Part shown: positions 1 to 11,888 of the stretch, one piece after another
Layout: each line of letters starts with the position of its first letter
Numbering within the stretch: position 1 is the first letter of the stretch
Assembly: GCA_030390025.1 (NCBI GenBank)
Contig: CM059432.1
Span: 116,252,001 to 116,316,000, forward strand
Reading direction: 5' to 3'
Source: Squalus acanthias
Taxonomy: Eukaryota
DNA: 64,000 nucleotides
Translations under genes and position numbers: made by a program
Notes under the pieces: model-generated
Seen by the model: the letters and a program-made list of their open reading frames with translations, nothing else
Database searches by the model: none
What the model was told of the DNA's origin: nothing

Positions 1-2530
1 AGTCCGGCCATCCCAGGAATCAATCTAGTGAACCTTCGCTGCACTCCCTCAATAGCAAGAATGTCCTTCCTTAAGTTAGGAGACCAAAACTGCGCACAAT
101 ACTCCAGGTGTGGCCTCACCAAGGCCCTGTACAACTGTAGCATCACCTCCCTACTCCTGTACTCAAATCCCCTTGCTATGAAGGCCATCATTCCGTTTGC
201 TTTCTTGACTGCCTGCTGCACTTGCATTCCCACCTTCAGTGACTGATGTACCATGACGCCCAGGTCTCGTTGCACGTCCCCTTTCCCTAATCTGCCACCA
301 TTCAGGTAATAGTCCGCCTCTCTATTTTTACCACCAAAGTGGATAACCTCACATTTATCCACATTGTACTTCATCTGCCATACATTTGCCCATTCACCCA
401 ACCTGTCCAAGTCACTCTGTAGCCTCCTAGCATCCTCCTCATTGTTCACACTGCCTCCCAATTTAGTGTCATCCGCAAATTTGGAGATATTACATTTAAT
501 CCCTTCGTCCAAATCATTAATATATAATGTAAACAGCTGGGGTCCCAGCACCGAACCCTGCGGTACCCCGCTGGTCACTGCCTGCCATTCTGAAAAGTAC
601 CCATTTACTCCTACTCTTTGTTTCCTGTGTACCAACCAGTTCTCAATCCACGTCAACACATTACCCCCAATCCCATGTGCTTTAACTTTGCTCACCAATC
701 TCTTGTGTGGGACCTTGTCGAAGGCCTTCTGAAAGTCCAAATACACCACATCTACTGGTTCCCCCCTGTCCACCCTATTGGAAACATCCTCAAAAAATTC
801 CAGAAGATTTGTCAAGCATGATTTCCCTTTCACAAATCCATGCTGACTTGGACCTATCATGTCGCCACTTTCCAAATGGTCTGTTATGACATCTTTAATA
901 ATTGCTTCTATCATTTTACCCACGACCGATGTCAGGCTGACCGGTCTATAATTCCCTGCTTTCTCCCTCCCACCTTTTTTAAAAAGAGGGGTTACATTGG
1001 CCACCCTCCACTCCATCGGAACTGATCCAGAGTCTAAGGAATGTTGGAAAATGATCGTCAATGCATCCACTATTTCCAAGGCCACCTCCTTAAGTACTCT
1101 GGGATGCAGACCATCAGGCCCCGGGGATTTTTCAGCCTTCAGTCCCATCAATTTCCCCAATACCTTTTCCCGACTAATAAGGATTTCCCTCAGCTCCTCC
1201 CTCTTACCAGATCCTCTGACCCCTTTTATTTCCGGCAGGTTGTGTGTGTCCTCCACAGTAAACACCGAACCAAAGTACTTGTTCAATTGATCTGCCATTT
1301 CCTTGTTCCCCATTACGACTTCCCCTGTTTCCGACTGCAGGGGACCTACGTTTGTTTTTACTAACCTCTTTCTTTTTACATATTTATAGAAGCTTTTGCA
1401 GTCCATTTTAATGTTCTCTGCAAGCTTCCTTTCATATTTTATTTTCCCTGCCCTAATCAAACCCTTCGTCCTCCTCTGCTGAGTTTTGAAGTTCTCCCAG
1501 TCCCCGGGTTTGCTGCTACTTCTGGCCAATTTGTATGCAACTTCCTTGGTTTTAATACTATCCCTGATTTCCCTTGTTAGCCATGGTTGAGCCACCTTCC
1601 CTTTTTTATTTTTATGCCAGACCGGGATGTACAATTGTTGTAGTTCATCCATGCGATCTCTAAATGTCTGCCATTGCCCTTCCACTGATAGCCCCTTAAA
1701 TATCGCTTGCCAATTTAACCTCGCCAATTCACGCCTCATACCCTTAAAGTTGCCCTTATTTAAGTTCTGGACCATGGTCTCTGACTTAACTGTTTCCTTC
1801 TCCATCCTAATGTAGAACTCCACCATACTATGGTCACTCTTCCCCAGGGGGCCTCGTACCACAAGATTGCTGATTAGTCCCTCCCTTGCACCAGGGAGGC
1901 AACATACTATCCTGGAATCTCGGTTGCGGCCACAGAAACTCCTGTCTATTCCCCTTACAATTGAGTCCCCTATCACTATAGCCCTACCACTCTTTTTCCC
2001 GCCCTGCTGTGCAGCAGAGCCAGCCATGGTGCCATGAACCTGGCTGCTAGTGCCTTCCCCTGGTAGGCCATCTCCCCCAACAGTATCCAAAGCGGCATAC
2101 CTGTTTTGGAGGGAGATGACCACAGGGGACTCCTGCACTACCTTCCTGATATTGCCCTGCTTCTTGGTCACCCATTCACTGTCTGTCCTAGCCTTTACCT
2201 GCGGTGTGGACAACTCACTAAATGAGCGATTCACCGAGTTCTCGGCATCGTGCATGCTCCAGAGTGAGTCCACCCGCAGCTCCAGCACCGCCATGCGGGC
2301 TGTCAGGAGCTGCAGCTGGACACACTTCCCGCACACGTAGTTGTCAGGGACACTGGAAGTGTCCCTGGTTTCCCACATGGCACAGGAGGAGCATGAAACG
2401 GGTCCGAGACTTCCTGTCATGACTTAACCCTTATGTTACTTTATTACTAAAATTTAAACTTATTTATCTTAAGGTCCAGGAGTTAAGTCCCTGAAAACAA
2501 AATATAAAATCGAACCTACCTGCTGAACCT
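1..2530 (-). mobile_element. CR1 LINE with internal deletion; 5' end retained, runs off left edge
   Basis: Minus strand shows ORF1 motifs (CSSC..CGKC, GDSIVRGID) followed by ORF2 RT motifs ([29 protein letters not shown]). AT-rich leader at 2420-2530. Confidence 0.92.
3..2420 (-). CDS. In-frame CR1 ORF1(N-term)-ORF2(RT) fusion protein lacking the APE endonuclease; 3'-partial
   Basis: Read codon by codon from ATG 2420 to position 3 with no stop: MTGSLGPVSCSSCAMWE...VIGDSIVRGIDRSFCGRNRDSRIVCCLPGAR|EGLISNLVVRGPLGKSDH...FADD...LAIEGVQRRFTRLIPGMAG. Junction at about 1884. Confidence 0.85.
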   Translation of the reverse strand, partial: MTGSLGPVSCSSCAMWETRDTSSVPDNYVCGKCVQLQLLTARMAVLELRVDSLWSMHDAENSVNRSFSELSTPQVKARTDSEWVTKKQGNIRKVVQESPVVISLQNRYAALDTVGGDGLPGEGTSSQVHGTMAGSAAQQGGKKSGRAIVIGDSIVRGIDRSFCGRNRDSRIVCCLPGAREGLISNLVVRGPLGKSDHSMVEFYIRMEKETVKSETMVQNLNKGNFKGMRRELARLNWQAIFKGLSVEGQWQTFRDRMDELQQLYIPVWHKNKKGKVAQPWLTREIRDSIKTKEVAYKLARSSSKPGDWENFKTQQRRTKGLIRAGKIKYERKLAENIKMDCKSFYKYVKRKRLVKTNVGPLQSETGEVVMGNKEMADQLNKYFGSVFTVEDTHNLPEIKGVRGSGKREELREILISREKVLGKLMGLKAEKSPGPDGLHPRVLKEVALEIVDALTIIFQHSLDSGSVPMEWRVANVTPLFKKGGREKAGNYRPVSLTSVVGKMIEAIIKDVITDHLESGDMIGPSQHGFVKGKSCLTNLLEFFEDVSNRVDRGEPVDVVYLDFQKAFDKVPHKRLVSKVKAHGIGGNVLTWIENWLVHRKQRVGVNGYFSEWQAVTSGVPQGSVLGPQLFTLYINDLDEGIKCNISKFADDTKLGGSVNNEEDARRLQSDLDRLGEWANVWQMKYNVDKCEVIHFGGKNREADYYLNGGRLGKGDVQRDLGVMVHQSLKVGMQVQQAVKKANGMMAFIARGFEYRSREVMLQLYRALVRPHLEYCAQFWSPNLRKDILAIEGVQRRFTRLIPGMAG

Positions 2531-3204
2531 GAGAAAATATCTGGTGTAACAAACAACCCCAAGATGTGACAAGGGACTTGCAGCAAATTTATGGAACAAA
2601 GAAATCATTTTGAGGATTTGGATGCTTGCATGCTTGCAAAATCACATTGTTTAGAGAGAGGCTGCACGTCAATCATCAGCACCTCAATCTCATTTTGAGT
2701 TTTACAAGGAACACGGTAAGAAAAAAAGTATTATAAAAATTCCACAGACCAAAATTAAAACTGATACCGTTGGGCTATAAATAAGTAAAAGCCGCTTTGA
2801 ATGAAGCAGTCGGTTCAATTTCCTTCTCAGACAGTATTTTTGGTAGTTAAGCTCTAAATGGTTCAGGTGTTTTCAATTTAATAAGTCAAATGGAATGGAT
2901 TAACGGTACAGATGGCACAGTCCTGGAAAAATATTAAAGAAATAAAACCTGCCAACACGGAGAGAAAGTAACCTCAGCAGCACATTGTAATGTCTATTGG
3001 GGTAATCCTTAATGACCTATTTGGAATCTAATTAAAGCAGTATTTAAAAAAAATCTAATTGATAGAATATAATTTTGCGCTTGCTCAAATTAACTTTAAT
3101 TAGTATGTGATTACAAAAAAAATAACTGGCCAGGCCGAATCTGCAGCTGTACATATGCACCTGGGTAAGGTCAATGTGGCACCTTCACATTACTCAACCC
3201 GAAT

Positions 3205-3655
3205 CAGCGAATTTTACAGCACAGAAGGAAGCTATTTGGCTCACTGCACCGGCTCTCAGAACGAGTTAGCAATTTAATCCCATTCTCTTGCCCCATAACC
3301 TTTAAGTTTTTCTTTTTTCAAATATTTATTCATTTCACTTTTAAAAGCAACTCTGGATTCTGCTTCCACCACCATTGCTGGCAGAGCATTCCATTTTCTA
3401 ACCTAGTAGTTTTCGAATGAGTCGTGTGATTGCCCTGTCTGTAATTATTACAACAGACAAAGTCCTGCAGCTGTTCAGGTGGCTCGGAATGTATAGGTTT
3501 TCAAAATTGATTGTGGTTCTTGCAAGTAACCTTGGTACGGTTAACTTTATTATATGGGGAAAGAGCGGGAGAGCGGGACTAATTGGAGAGCTCTTTCAAA
3601 GAGCCGGCACAGGTACGATGGGCCGAATGGCCTCCTTCTGTGCTGTATGATTCTA
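3205..3655. mobile_element. Two short CR1 3'-end remnants (3205-3400 minus; 3545-3655 plus)
   Basis: CR1 3' hairpin gggccgaatggcctccttctgtgctg followed by a gattcta tail; an eroded reverse copy lies at 3205-3400. Confidence 0.7.
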
Positions 3656-3656
3656 A

Positions 3657-5434
3657 GGGCTGGATTTTCCCAACCTTGGCGGGTCTGGGGCGGGCGACAT
3701 CCTTGGCGAGTCCCCGACTCCGCAGCTGTGTCGATCCGGGCCTCCGACATGATTTTACTATGATTGGGCAAGTTAAGCCCGCTGTGCGAGGTTTGCTAGT
3801 CCAATTGAAGGAAGCAGGTCTGATGATGTCATCTGATGATGCGTTATCAGACCTGGTTCCTTAAAGGGGCCATGTCCACATTCATTTTGACAGTTGTGTT
3901 GTCAGTGTTCTGCAGCATTGAGATGCTGTAAACACTGACAATGACTGCACAAAGGTGCACGGCTGCACCCAGGCTCTCCCATGACTCCCTCCATATGCTT
4001 ATGGAGGGAGTCACAGCACACAGAGAGGTCCTCTTCCCTTCCCATGGGTGGAAGACACCTCCCCAGGAGACCAATGCAGCCTGGTTGCACATTGCACAGG
4101 AGGACGCAAGCAGGGATGTCGTCAGGAGGACCAGACTGCAGTGGCGCAAACCTTTCAATGATCTCAGTAGATCATGAAATGTTACTGCAAAGCCACACTC
4201 AACCTCATCTTGCTGTACCACTCATCACATCCCCATCACTCTGTCTTCCCTACCCTACTCCTGCACATCCTTACTCACACTAACTTACCTTGCACCCAAC
4301 CCTCTCTATCTACATTATCACTTCCCCATTTAACTAGCCACCCCTCACACTCACCCTCATCCTAGTCCAATCATATCAACTAGCACACAAGGGTATGCAT
4401 TTGGTTGTTTTAGCCAATGTTCATGTGAATTTTTTGTTAATGTGCTGTCAAACATTGAAATCTTTATTTTCAACACTTTGCCTTCTTGGACAGATCTGTG
4501 TTCACCTTTGGAAGTGGCCTAGTGAGATGCAGTGAATGGTGAGGCATAACGGTACCCCCTGCAATGGTGATGAGTGTGAAAGGAGTAGCTTGGGCATTGT
4601 AGGGATGCTTTATGGTGCTGGAGTGGGGTGGTGCCAACCTGGCGCATCATGTGGCAGCCAGGGTGTACAGCATCAAGTGAAGTAAATCTGGCCATGGTGA
4701 GGCCATCCCTGGCCTCCCGGGCAGCAATGTGCTTGGGTGCTGATGCCCTCTGTCCTGTGCAGCATGAGGTGATTGCGGAGAAGGTTGGTACTGTTGTTGG
4801 TGCTGCTGGTGTGCCTGGTGATGTTGGTGTTGGGGCTGATTGTGGTGAGGTTCTGAGGACCAAGGTGAGATTTTTTCAAGGCACCGATGCTGATGGAATA
4901 GGTGGCAGGTGAAGTTGAGATGACAGAAGCGATCTATCAGTGATGAGAGAGGTTGTTCCAAGGAGGTGACACTGGATTGAGAGATTGCTCCAAACACTTC
5001 AAACCTCTATAAAGCTGAAAAGTGTATTCCAAATCCTGAAGGCTGCAGCTTCTAAGATTGGAAATTGAACAGCTGTGAAATTATAGCTTTTATGCCACTT
5101 TTGCAGCTGTCAACTAATCACAGCAATGGAGAGTCATTGAGAACCCGACACACTTACCTGACGTGAACCAGGAACCTCGTAAAAAACATGGAAAAATCGT
5201 TAGGACCTGGTAAAATGCTGCTTAAATACCTTTAAGCAGCTTCTTAAGTATCTCAATTGTCTGACCTGTCGCTTAGTGCCGGGTCTGCAAACCATAAAAA
5301 GTGCAGAGCTGCCACTTGGGATATTAACAAGGAGGCGGGTTCAGAGTGGACTTCCGCCCCGCTGTCAATCACTGCCATTTTGACAGCGGACCCGCCTCTA
5401 AGCTCGCACTCGCAGCGCCGGTAAGATTCCGGCC
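3657..5434 (+). mobile_element. Non-autonomous PIF/Harbinger DNA transposon with Myb/SANT remnant
   Basis: Imperfect TIRs gggctggatttt / ggccggaatctt, with TAA on both flanks (3654-3656, 5435-5437). Contains a Myb/SANT-like exon on plus and a transposase-like C-terminus (AAREARDGLTMARF) on minus. Homologous to 47705-49272. Confidence 0.8.
3941..4177 (+). pseudogene. Harbinger Myb/SANT-like DNA-binding protein, first-exon remnant
   Basis: APRLSHDSLHMLMEGV...AWLHIAQ...RTRLQWRKPFNDL matches the Myb/SANT-like pattern APRFS..L..L..V / W..IA / R...QCRK.FNDL. Confidence 0.72.
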
Positions 5435-5763
5435 TAAGATTCTATTCCATTCTAATAAAACTCTGTGTAAAAAAAATTCTCCTAACCTCTTCCTTTGGGC
5501 TGATGATCTTAAATTTATGCCCTCTCATTACCAACTTACTGACCATAGGAATATTTCTTTCCTATTTACCTTATCAAAATCTCTTAGAATTTTGCACACC
5601 TCTATCAGTTCTCCTCTTAACCATCTTTGTTTGAACGAATAAAGCCACAATTACTCTAGTTGCTCCTCATAAACAACACCCCTCATCTAAGCGAATCTCT
5701 TCTGCACCCTCTTCATCACTTTGACATCTTTCCTAAGGTAAGTGGCCAATGCTAGACACAATG

Positions 5764-6189
5764 GGAGGGAATTTTAACTCCCCCTGCCCGGCAGAAAGCG
5801 GGCATGGGGACAGTTAAAATGGAGCAGGAGACTTATTCGCTGGCCTCCCGGTCTGATCGCTTTGACTGCAATTTTAAATTGCAGGCAGCAAGGACAGCCC
5901 TCTGTCCCCACAAGGTAAGTGTAGGAATCCTCTGCCCCACCTTACGAAGCTTGTGACCAGCACGGAACCCCTGACCCTGCTCTTATCTTAGGCCTGGCCG
6001 GCTGCCTCCGAGCCATCCAATTGTTATGGCCGGGCCATCGCCTCCCGCTGACTTACTGGCCTTTTTGGTCAGCAAGCGGCATATTCATGAAATCCAGCTA
6101 TTAAGATCAGCTGGACCTCCCGCTGCCACTTCCAAACAGACCTGTCGCTCACTAGGCCGCTTTCCCCCCCGGGAGTTAAAATTCCCTCC
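5764..6189. mobile_element. MITE (Harbinger-type) inserted in an old CR1 remnant
   Basis: Perfect 19-bp TIR ggagggaattttaactccc; AAT at 5760-5762 (one extra g before the TIR) and at 6190-6192. Confidence 0.8.
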
Positions 6190-6228
6190 AATATTCTTAC
6201 AGCGGCCTAATACTAGAAGACACAAATT

Positions 6229-6954
6229 GGGGTAGAGTTTCGGCTTCGGACGCAATCGGCAATTCCGGAGCGATTGCGCTCAAAATTGTGCCCGTTTTGA
6301 AAAGTATTATTTTCCCCTGAGTTCCCGCTCGAACTCATTTGCATATCGCCGAATGTAAAATCGGCCATGAACCAGGCAATCGGGCAGCGTTTTAAAAATT
6401 AATTTAAAAAAAATTGCTTCAAAAATACTCCCTGCTATATTTAAGAGTGGTAACTTGGTAAAGTTTGATTAATACAGCTGAAAATGGGTTTATCACAAAA
6501 AATAAGTGTTATAATGACAGTGTCAATTCACTACCAGTGAGTAACCCGATTTTAAATTACTGAAAAGGACTTTTAAAAAATATGCAAAATTATTTTCTAG
6601 TTAGATTGGGGTACAGTGGTCAGTTCCTCAGTAAATTAAAAAAAATTCATTCAAAACCTTTGAAAGTGTTCCTATTAGTGTCCTTGTGCCCAAAAGATCC
6701 AGCTTAATTTTGGAGCCTCCTCGAAGGCCTGCAAACGAGCGCAATTAGCGGAACCTCCCAATGGTGATTAATTCAGCCTGGGGGCGTGGAGAGTTTTCGT
6801 GCAATTTTTTTAAACTCGTGCAAATGATCGTGGAAACTTGAGTTGCACTGAACACAATTTGCACTTAACATTCCGCGATCTTTTGCGCCTGTTACACCGG
6901 TACCGGGAGAATTGCGCTGAAAAAAACAGCGCAATTGAGCCAAAACTCCAAGCC
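6229..6954. mobile_element. MITE with AT-rich core
   Basis: Imperfect TIRs ggggtagagtttcggct / ggcttggagttttggct, GC-rich palindromic subterminal arms, ATT/AAT flanks. Confidence 0.6.
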
Positions 6955-7195
6955 AATATTCTTACAATGGCCCAACTAATGACTGGTACAGGTTTAACGT
7001 CACAACCCTGGATGTGGGGGGGTGGGGTAGGGGGCGGGCGGGTGGAGCGAGGTTGTCCCGATGTCCTGTTGTAATTTTGGTGGGACATCAGTGAAATTTC
7101 CCGTTTATGCCATTTCTCCAGGGGTTCTACCAATCTCCCACTGAAATTATAGTAGGAGATCAGGAGAACCTTTGTGGAAATCAAGGCCTATCTGT

Positions 7196-7555
7196 TCATA
7201 GAAACATAGAACATAGGAGCAGGAGTAGGCCATTCGGCCCTTCGAGCCTGCTCCGCCATTCAATATGATCATGGCTGATCCTCTATCTCAATACCATATT
7301 CCCGCTCTCTCCCCATACCCCTTGATGCCTTTTGTGTCTAGAAATCTATCTATCTCCTTCTTAAATATATTCAGTGACTTGGCCTCCACAGCCTTCTGTG
7401 GTAGAGAATTTCACATGTTCACCACCCTCTGAGTGAAGAAATTTCTCCTCATCTCAGTCCTAAATGTCCTACCCCGTATCCTGAGACTGTGACCCCTCGT
7501 TCTAGAGCCCCCAGCCAGGGAAAACATCCTCCCTGCATCCAGTCTGTCTAGCTCT
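7196..7555 (-). mobile_element. 5'-truncated CR1
   Basis: (catagaaa)n tail, 3' hairpin, and ORF2 C-terminal coding sequence. Confidence 0.88.
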
Positions 7556-9933
7556 TTGTTCTCTACTACTTATAAACTCCATCCCTACAGGGGTTTACCA
7601 CAAGAATGTAAGAAACTGGCCAGTTAAGGTAATAACCGAAAATAATCTATGCCCGTCAGAATCTTTAAATTGTTTGGCATTGTCAGTAAGCATTATTTTC
7701 ATTGTTAACTGCACTGAAAATGTGGTAAACTCTTATCAGTGCAGTTTCTAGTAGTTATTTTATGTACTGTCAGCTACACTTTCCTGAATCAACGTGAATC
7801 AGATGCCAATCTTTCCAGAACACTGACAGCTTGCGGTAAATTTGCTAAGACTGCACGCTGTTGAGGATCAGGGTGGTGGGTCGAGAGAAGGGGGTGGTGG
7901 GTCGAGAGAAGGGGTTGAGGGGAATCTCGTTCAGAGAATTGTGTTTGGAGATTGGCGTGTCTGATTCAGGTGTTCCCGGTTTTCCATTAATTCATTTCAA
8001 TCGACAGAATATCCTGCAGGGCATGGTGACCTCCACGCCCAAATCTCGACAGGCAGAGCAACTACATACAATGTACAATATACCCTGCTACAGCAACTTC
8101 GGCTGAGACATAACAAATATTTCCTGGGTAGTCAGACGTTTCTGTCCACCTTCACGAGGAAACAATTAAACATTTCTAAATCTACAGCTCCTGCTGAAAG
8201 TGTGCCTCCTAAAGGTGCAGTGCGGTTGGGCTGTCATACATCCCATCTAGACCGTTGCTGGGAGTTTCCTTGCCGATCGGCGGAAACCCCGGGTACACGG
8301 TTTCCGCCAAAGTTACAGCACCCAATCAGGAGAACCTCTGAGGAGATCCCCGGCATCTGTTTCTCATTAATGACCCTCTTCTGGCCGAGGGGTTGATACC
8401 TGACTTCAGCACATCGTATTATTCCTGATATCATACTACCTCCGGTATTTTTAAAAATTGTTTTACGAGTTCCTGCTGCTAATTATACTGCAAGGTTTTC
8501 AGCGTTACCTCTGTTGGACATTTAGTGCTCTTTTAATTACATTTTGATTTCAGTGTTCTGCATTTGCAAAAGTTGAAAATATATATATATTTTTAAAGAG
8601 GTGGGCTGATTTACTGGCACTCGATGCTTAATTTGAAATGATCTGTACAGCAACAAGTGTAGATATAGTCTTGTGATAGGCTACAATGCTACAGTCATCT
8701 GGAAAGCATTGAGTATTTTATCGTTCTGGACGATTAAACTTCAGAATGAGTCATTGCTTTTTAACAGGCCTGGTTTCAAGCTTAATACTGGGTCCAAGCT
8801 CATGATTTGCAGTACCTTATAAAATAGTTACATTTTATTTCTATCATTTTCCATCCATTACTCAAATAACTTCTCCGCCTCAGTGTGGGAATTCCTCCGC
8901 CACACAACATTTTGCAGCCAAAAGGAGAAGTTGGGCACTTGTTCTGTCAATAATTGGTTATGAGGAGGTCTGTGAAACCCATCCAAAGTGACTCAGTTCT
9001 GAACTGTCCCTTCCTGTGCCCATGCAGAAGTACCAAGCTTCTGTTCACTGCCTCCTGTTGACAATAGATTTCCAGCCACAGTGATTCAGTATCACCTCAT
9101 ACACGAATCAACCAAATACAACGCACGTTTCACCTGGTTACCCGGTCCATATTGCATAGTTGCATGGCTCTAAGGTTTGGGACCGACATGTGGGTGGAAT
9201 TAAATACAGTGTGAATTTCCATTAAGATTTTTTTTTAACTCCAAATCTTGGATCTTATCCATATATGTGTTCTAGCAACAATATCAGTGTAAGAATAGAT
9301 GAGGGATTCACTGAATCTATCTGTTTTGAAAGAGAGGGAAGGTTGTCTATATCACCAATCTTACTCAATGTCTTCATCAGTAATGTGTTGAATAGTATCA
9401 TAAAGGATGGCCTTCGAGTGTCCGTTCCAGTCACTTTTGCAGAACTGTAACACGTCTTTTCATATTGTGTTAATGGACTTACCGGCTGATCTAGTAAGCT
9501 CCACTCGCCATCTTGAGCAGTTGGATGCAATGGTGCCCTCCCCACCCCCAGCAAGTGTGGTATTATAGCACTGATCAGTTCACAAGGGAATCTAGGGCTA
9601 GTTAATTGAAAGATTATATATGTCCCAACGGTTGATTCATATTGGTAGCTGGTGGTTCTGATGGGTGCCAACTTTTGGTTGGATATAGTTCTTCAGGATT
9701 GCAGTGAGAAGGGGTGAAGGGTACTGTGGCCTTTCTCGTCTTTCTTCAATGACAGCAAAGTCCCAATGCAGGTTTAGCTCCTAGGTATAAAATGTGTGTC
9801 CAAACAGATTACCTTCATGGTTCACACTCCTGAGTATGCAATGGAACAGCTTCCGTTGGACCATATGCAAAATCCAGGACTCAGTTGTGAAGTGGACTTC
9901 TGGCAAGGAAGGGAAATGGTTGCAGGAAGAGGG

Positions 9934-10386
9934 AAAGAAAGACTTGCATTTATATAGCGTCTTTCATGACCTCAGGACATCCCAAAGTGCTTTGCAGTCA
10001 ATGAAGTACTTTTGAAGTGTAGTCACTGTTGTAATGTAGGAAACGCAGCAATTTGCACACAGCAAGCTCCCACAAACAGCAATGTGATAATGACCAGATA
10101 ATGTTTTTGTACTGTTAATTGAGAGATAAATGTTTGCCAGAACACCAGGGGGAACTCTGTTGTTCTTTGAAATAGTGCCATAGGATCTTTTACATCCACC
10201 TGAGAGAGCAGATGGGACCTCGGTTTGACATCTCATCCGAAAGACAGCACCTATGACAGTGCAGCACTCCCTCAGTACTGCACTGGAGTGTCAGCTGAGC
10301 TTTATGTGCTCAAGTCTCTGGAGTGGGTCTCTGAACCCACAACCTTCTGACTCAGAAGGCGAGAGTGCTATCACTGAGCCACAGCT
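9934..10386 (-). mobile_element. tRNA-derived Deu-type SINE (SacSINE1-like)
   Basis: Box A gtggctcagtga and box B ggttcaga at the right end, conserved central body shared by six copies, L2-like tail gctatataaatgcaagtctttc. Confidence 0.82.
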
Positions 10387-10664
10387 AATTTTATACTAGC
10401 TCTATAGATAAATGCTTAGAATTAAAAGACTGCAAATGTAGTTAACAGTGTCTTTGCAGAGGTCAGAGCAGCCTGCTTTCTAGGCCAGGTTGCACCTTGT
10501 TTACATTTAGAGATTAAGTTATCCGTATCTAAGCATAAAAGCACATTCTGCTAACCCTAAATAGCAGTTTGTTTAGTCTTGGGACCACGGACATCAGAAA
10601 GAAAGCCTTGAGTGACAGATGTTTAGAAGGCCTGGAAGATCTTGGTAGGGACTTGTACAAGTTA

Positions 10665-11105
10665 AAAGAAAGACTTTACAGCACCTTTCACGACCACCTC
10701 AAAGCGCTTTACAGCCAATGAAGTGTAGTCACTGTTGTAATGTGGGAAACACAGCAGCCAATTTGCACACAGCAAGCTCCCACAAACAGCAATTTGATAA
10801 TGATCAGATAAACTGTTTTAGTTATGTTGATTGAGGGATAGATATTGGCAAGGGCACCAGGGATAACTCCCCTGTTCTTCTTCAAAATAGTGCCATAGGA
10901 TCTTTTACGTCCACCTGAGAGAGCAGACAGGGCTTCGGTTTGACATCTCATCCGAAAGACGGCACCTCCGACAGTGCAGCACCCCCTCAACACTGCACTG
11001 GAGTGTCAGCCTAGTTTTATGTGCTCAAGTCCCTGGAGTGGGACTTGAACCCACAGAGCATTCTGACTCAGAGGCGAGGGTAATACCCATTGAGCCACAG
11101 CTGAC
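10665..11105 (-). mobile_element. Deu-type SINE copy
   Basis: Same family; box B ggttcaagtccc. Confidence 0.82.
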
Positions 11106-11888
11106 AGTTAGCACCGAGAAATGTGTTTAAAGGGATATGAAATGCAGATGCCTGTGGATTCAGCTAGAAACTGAAAAATGGGGTGAGATTGTAGCCATAA
11201 ATTGAAAGAAATCAGAAGGAGAGAAGATTGAGCTAAACCAGATGTAACATGCGCTCTGTTGTGCCAGCATCTTATGCAATCTTGGTGTTGGCTGTGAGCA
11301 TGTCTGATCATTCAACCCTTGATAAACCTTCAAGTGCTTGGCCCCATGATGGAACTCATTATTGGCATAAAGTTGCAGGATTGCACCCTCTGTCCATATT
11401 ATTACAACATTTATATTCCTAAAATGTAAGATCCTTGAAAGAAAATAATCAGTAAAGTGATGCCATTCCATAAGTATTCTCACACATGGAAAAGCAAGGA
11501 TGAAAAGTTTTTATAGAAAAGTTAACTTTTCTGAAACATTTTCTGAAACATGGCTTTTCTAGTTGAATTATCCCTTTTGAATGTTTGACGATGGTGAATT
11601 TATTTGCTACGATTGATCCGATCACCTGAAGTGATGTTCAATGGCTGTAGCTTAAGGTGCTTAAGGAGAAGCATTGTTCACTTACATTAGAAGGCTTTGA
11701 GAAAGTTCTTGGGAAGGTTTATATTAAGAGTAAAAATACCTTTAGGAGCTTTTGGGACATAAGAAGAATTTGCAACAGATCGGAAGAAGATTGCAAAGTA
11801 GAAAGACAACCAAAGGCGACTTGACAAACCTGAATCAGAACATTGTCAAAAACTGATCAGCTGCTCAACATTTCAGCTAATCTACTTA

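Noticed and set aside
28..2422. Plus-strand ORFs listed in the track
   Set aside because: Antisense shadows of the CR1 frame; the same applies to ORFs opposite the other LINEs, the PLEs and the Gypsy.
2654..2720. Possible plus-strand exon (tgtttag...cacg|gtaag)
   Set aside because: Weak acceptor, unrecognised peptide, no partner exons.
7870..7915. 21-bp tandem duplication gggtggtgggtcgagagaagg
   Set aside because: Two copies only; ordinary slippage.
8128..8160. Hammerhead-like gaaacgtc on minus
   Set aside because: CUGANGA core is absent and the stems are unsupported.
10330..10386. tRNA-like A/B boxes, also at the other SINE heads
   Set aside because: These are SINE promoter heads, not complete cloverleaf tRNA genes.
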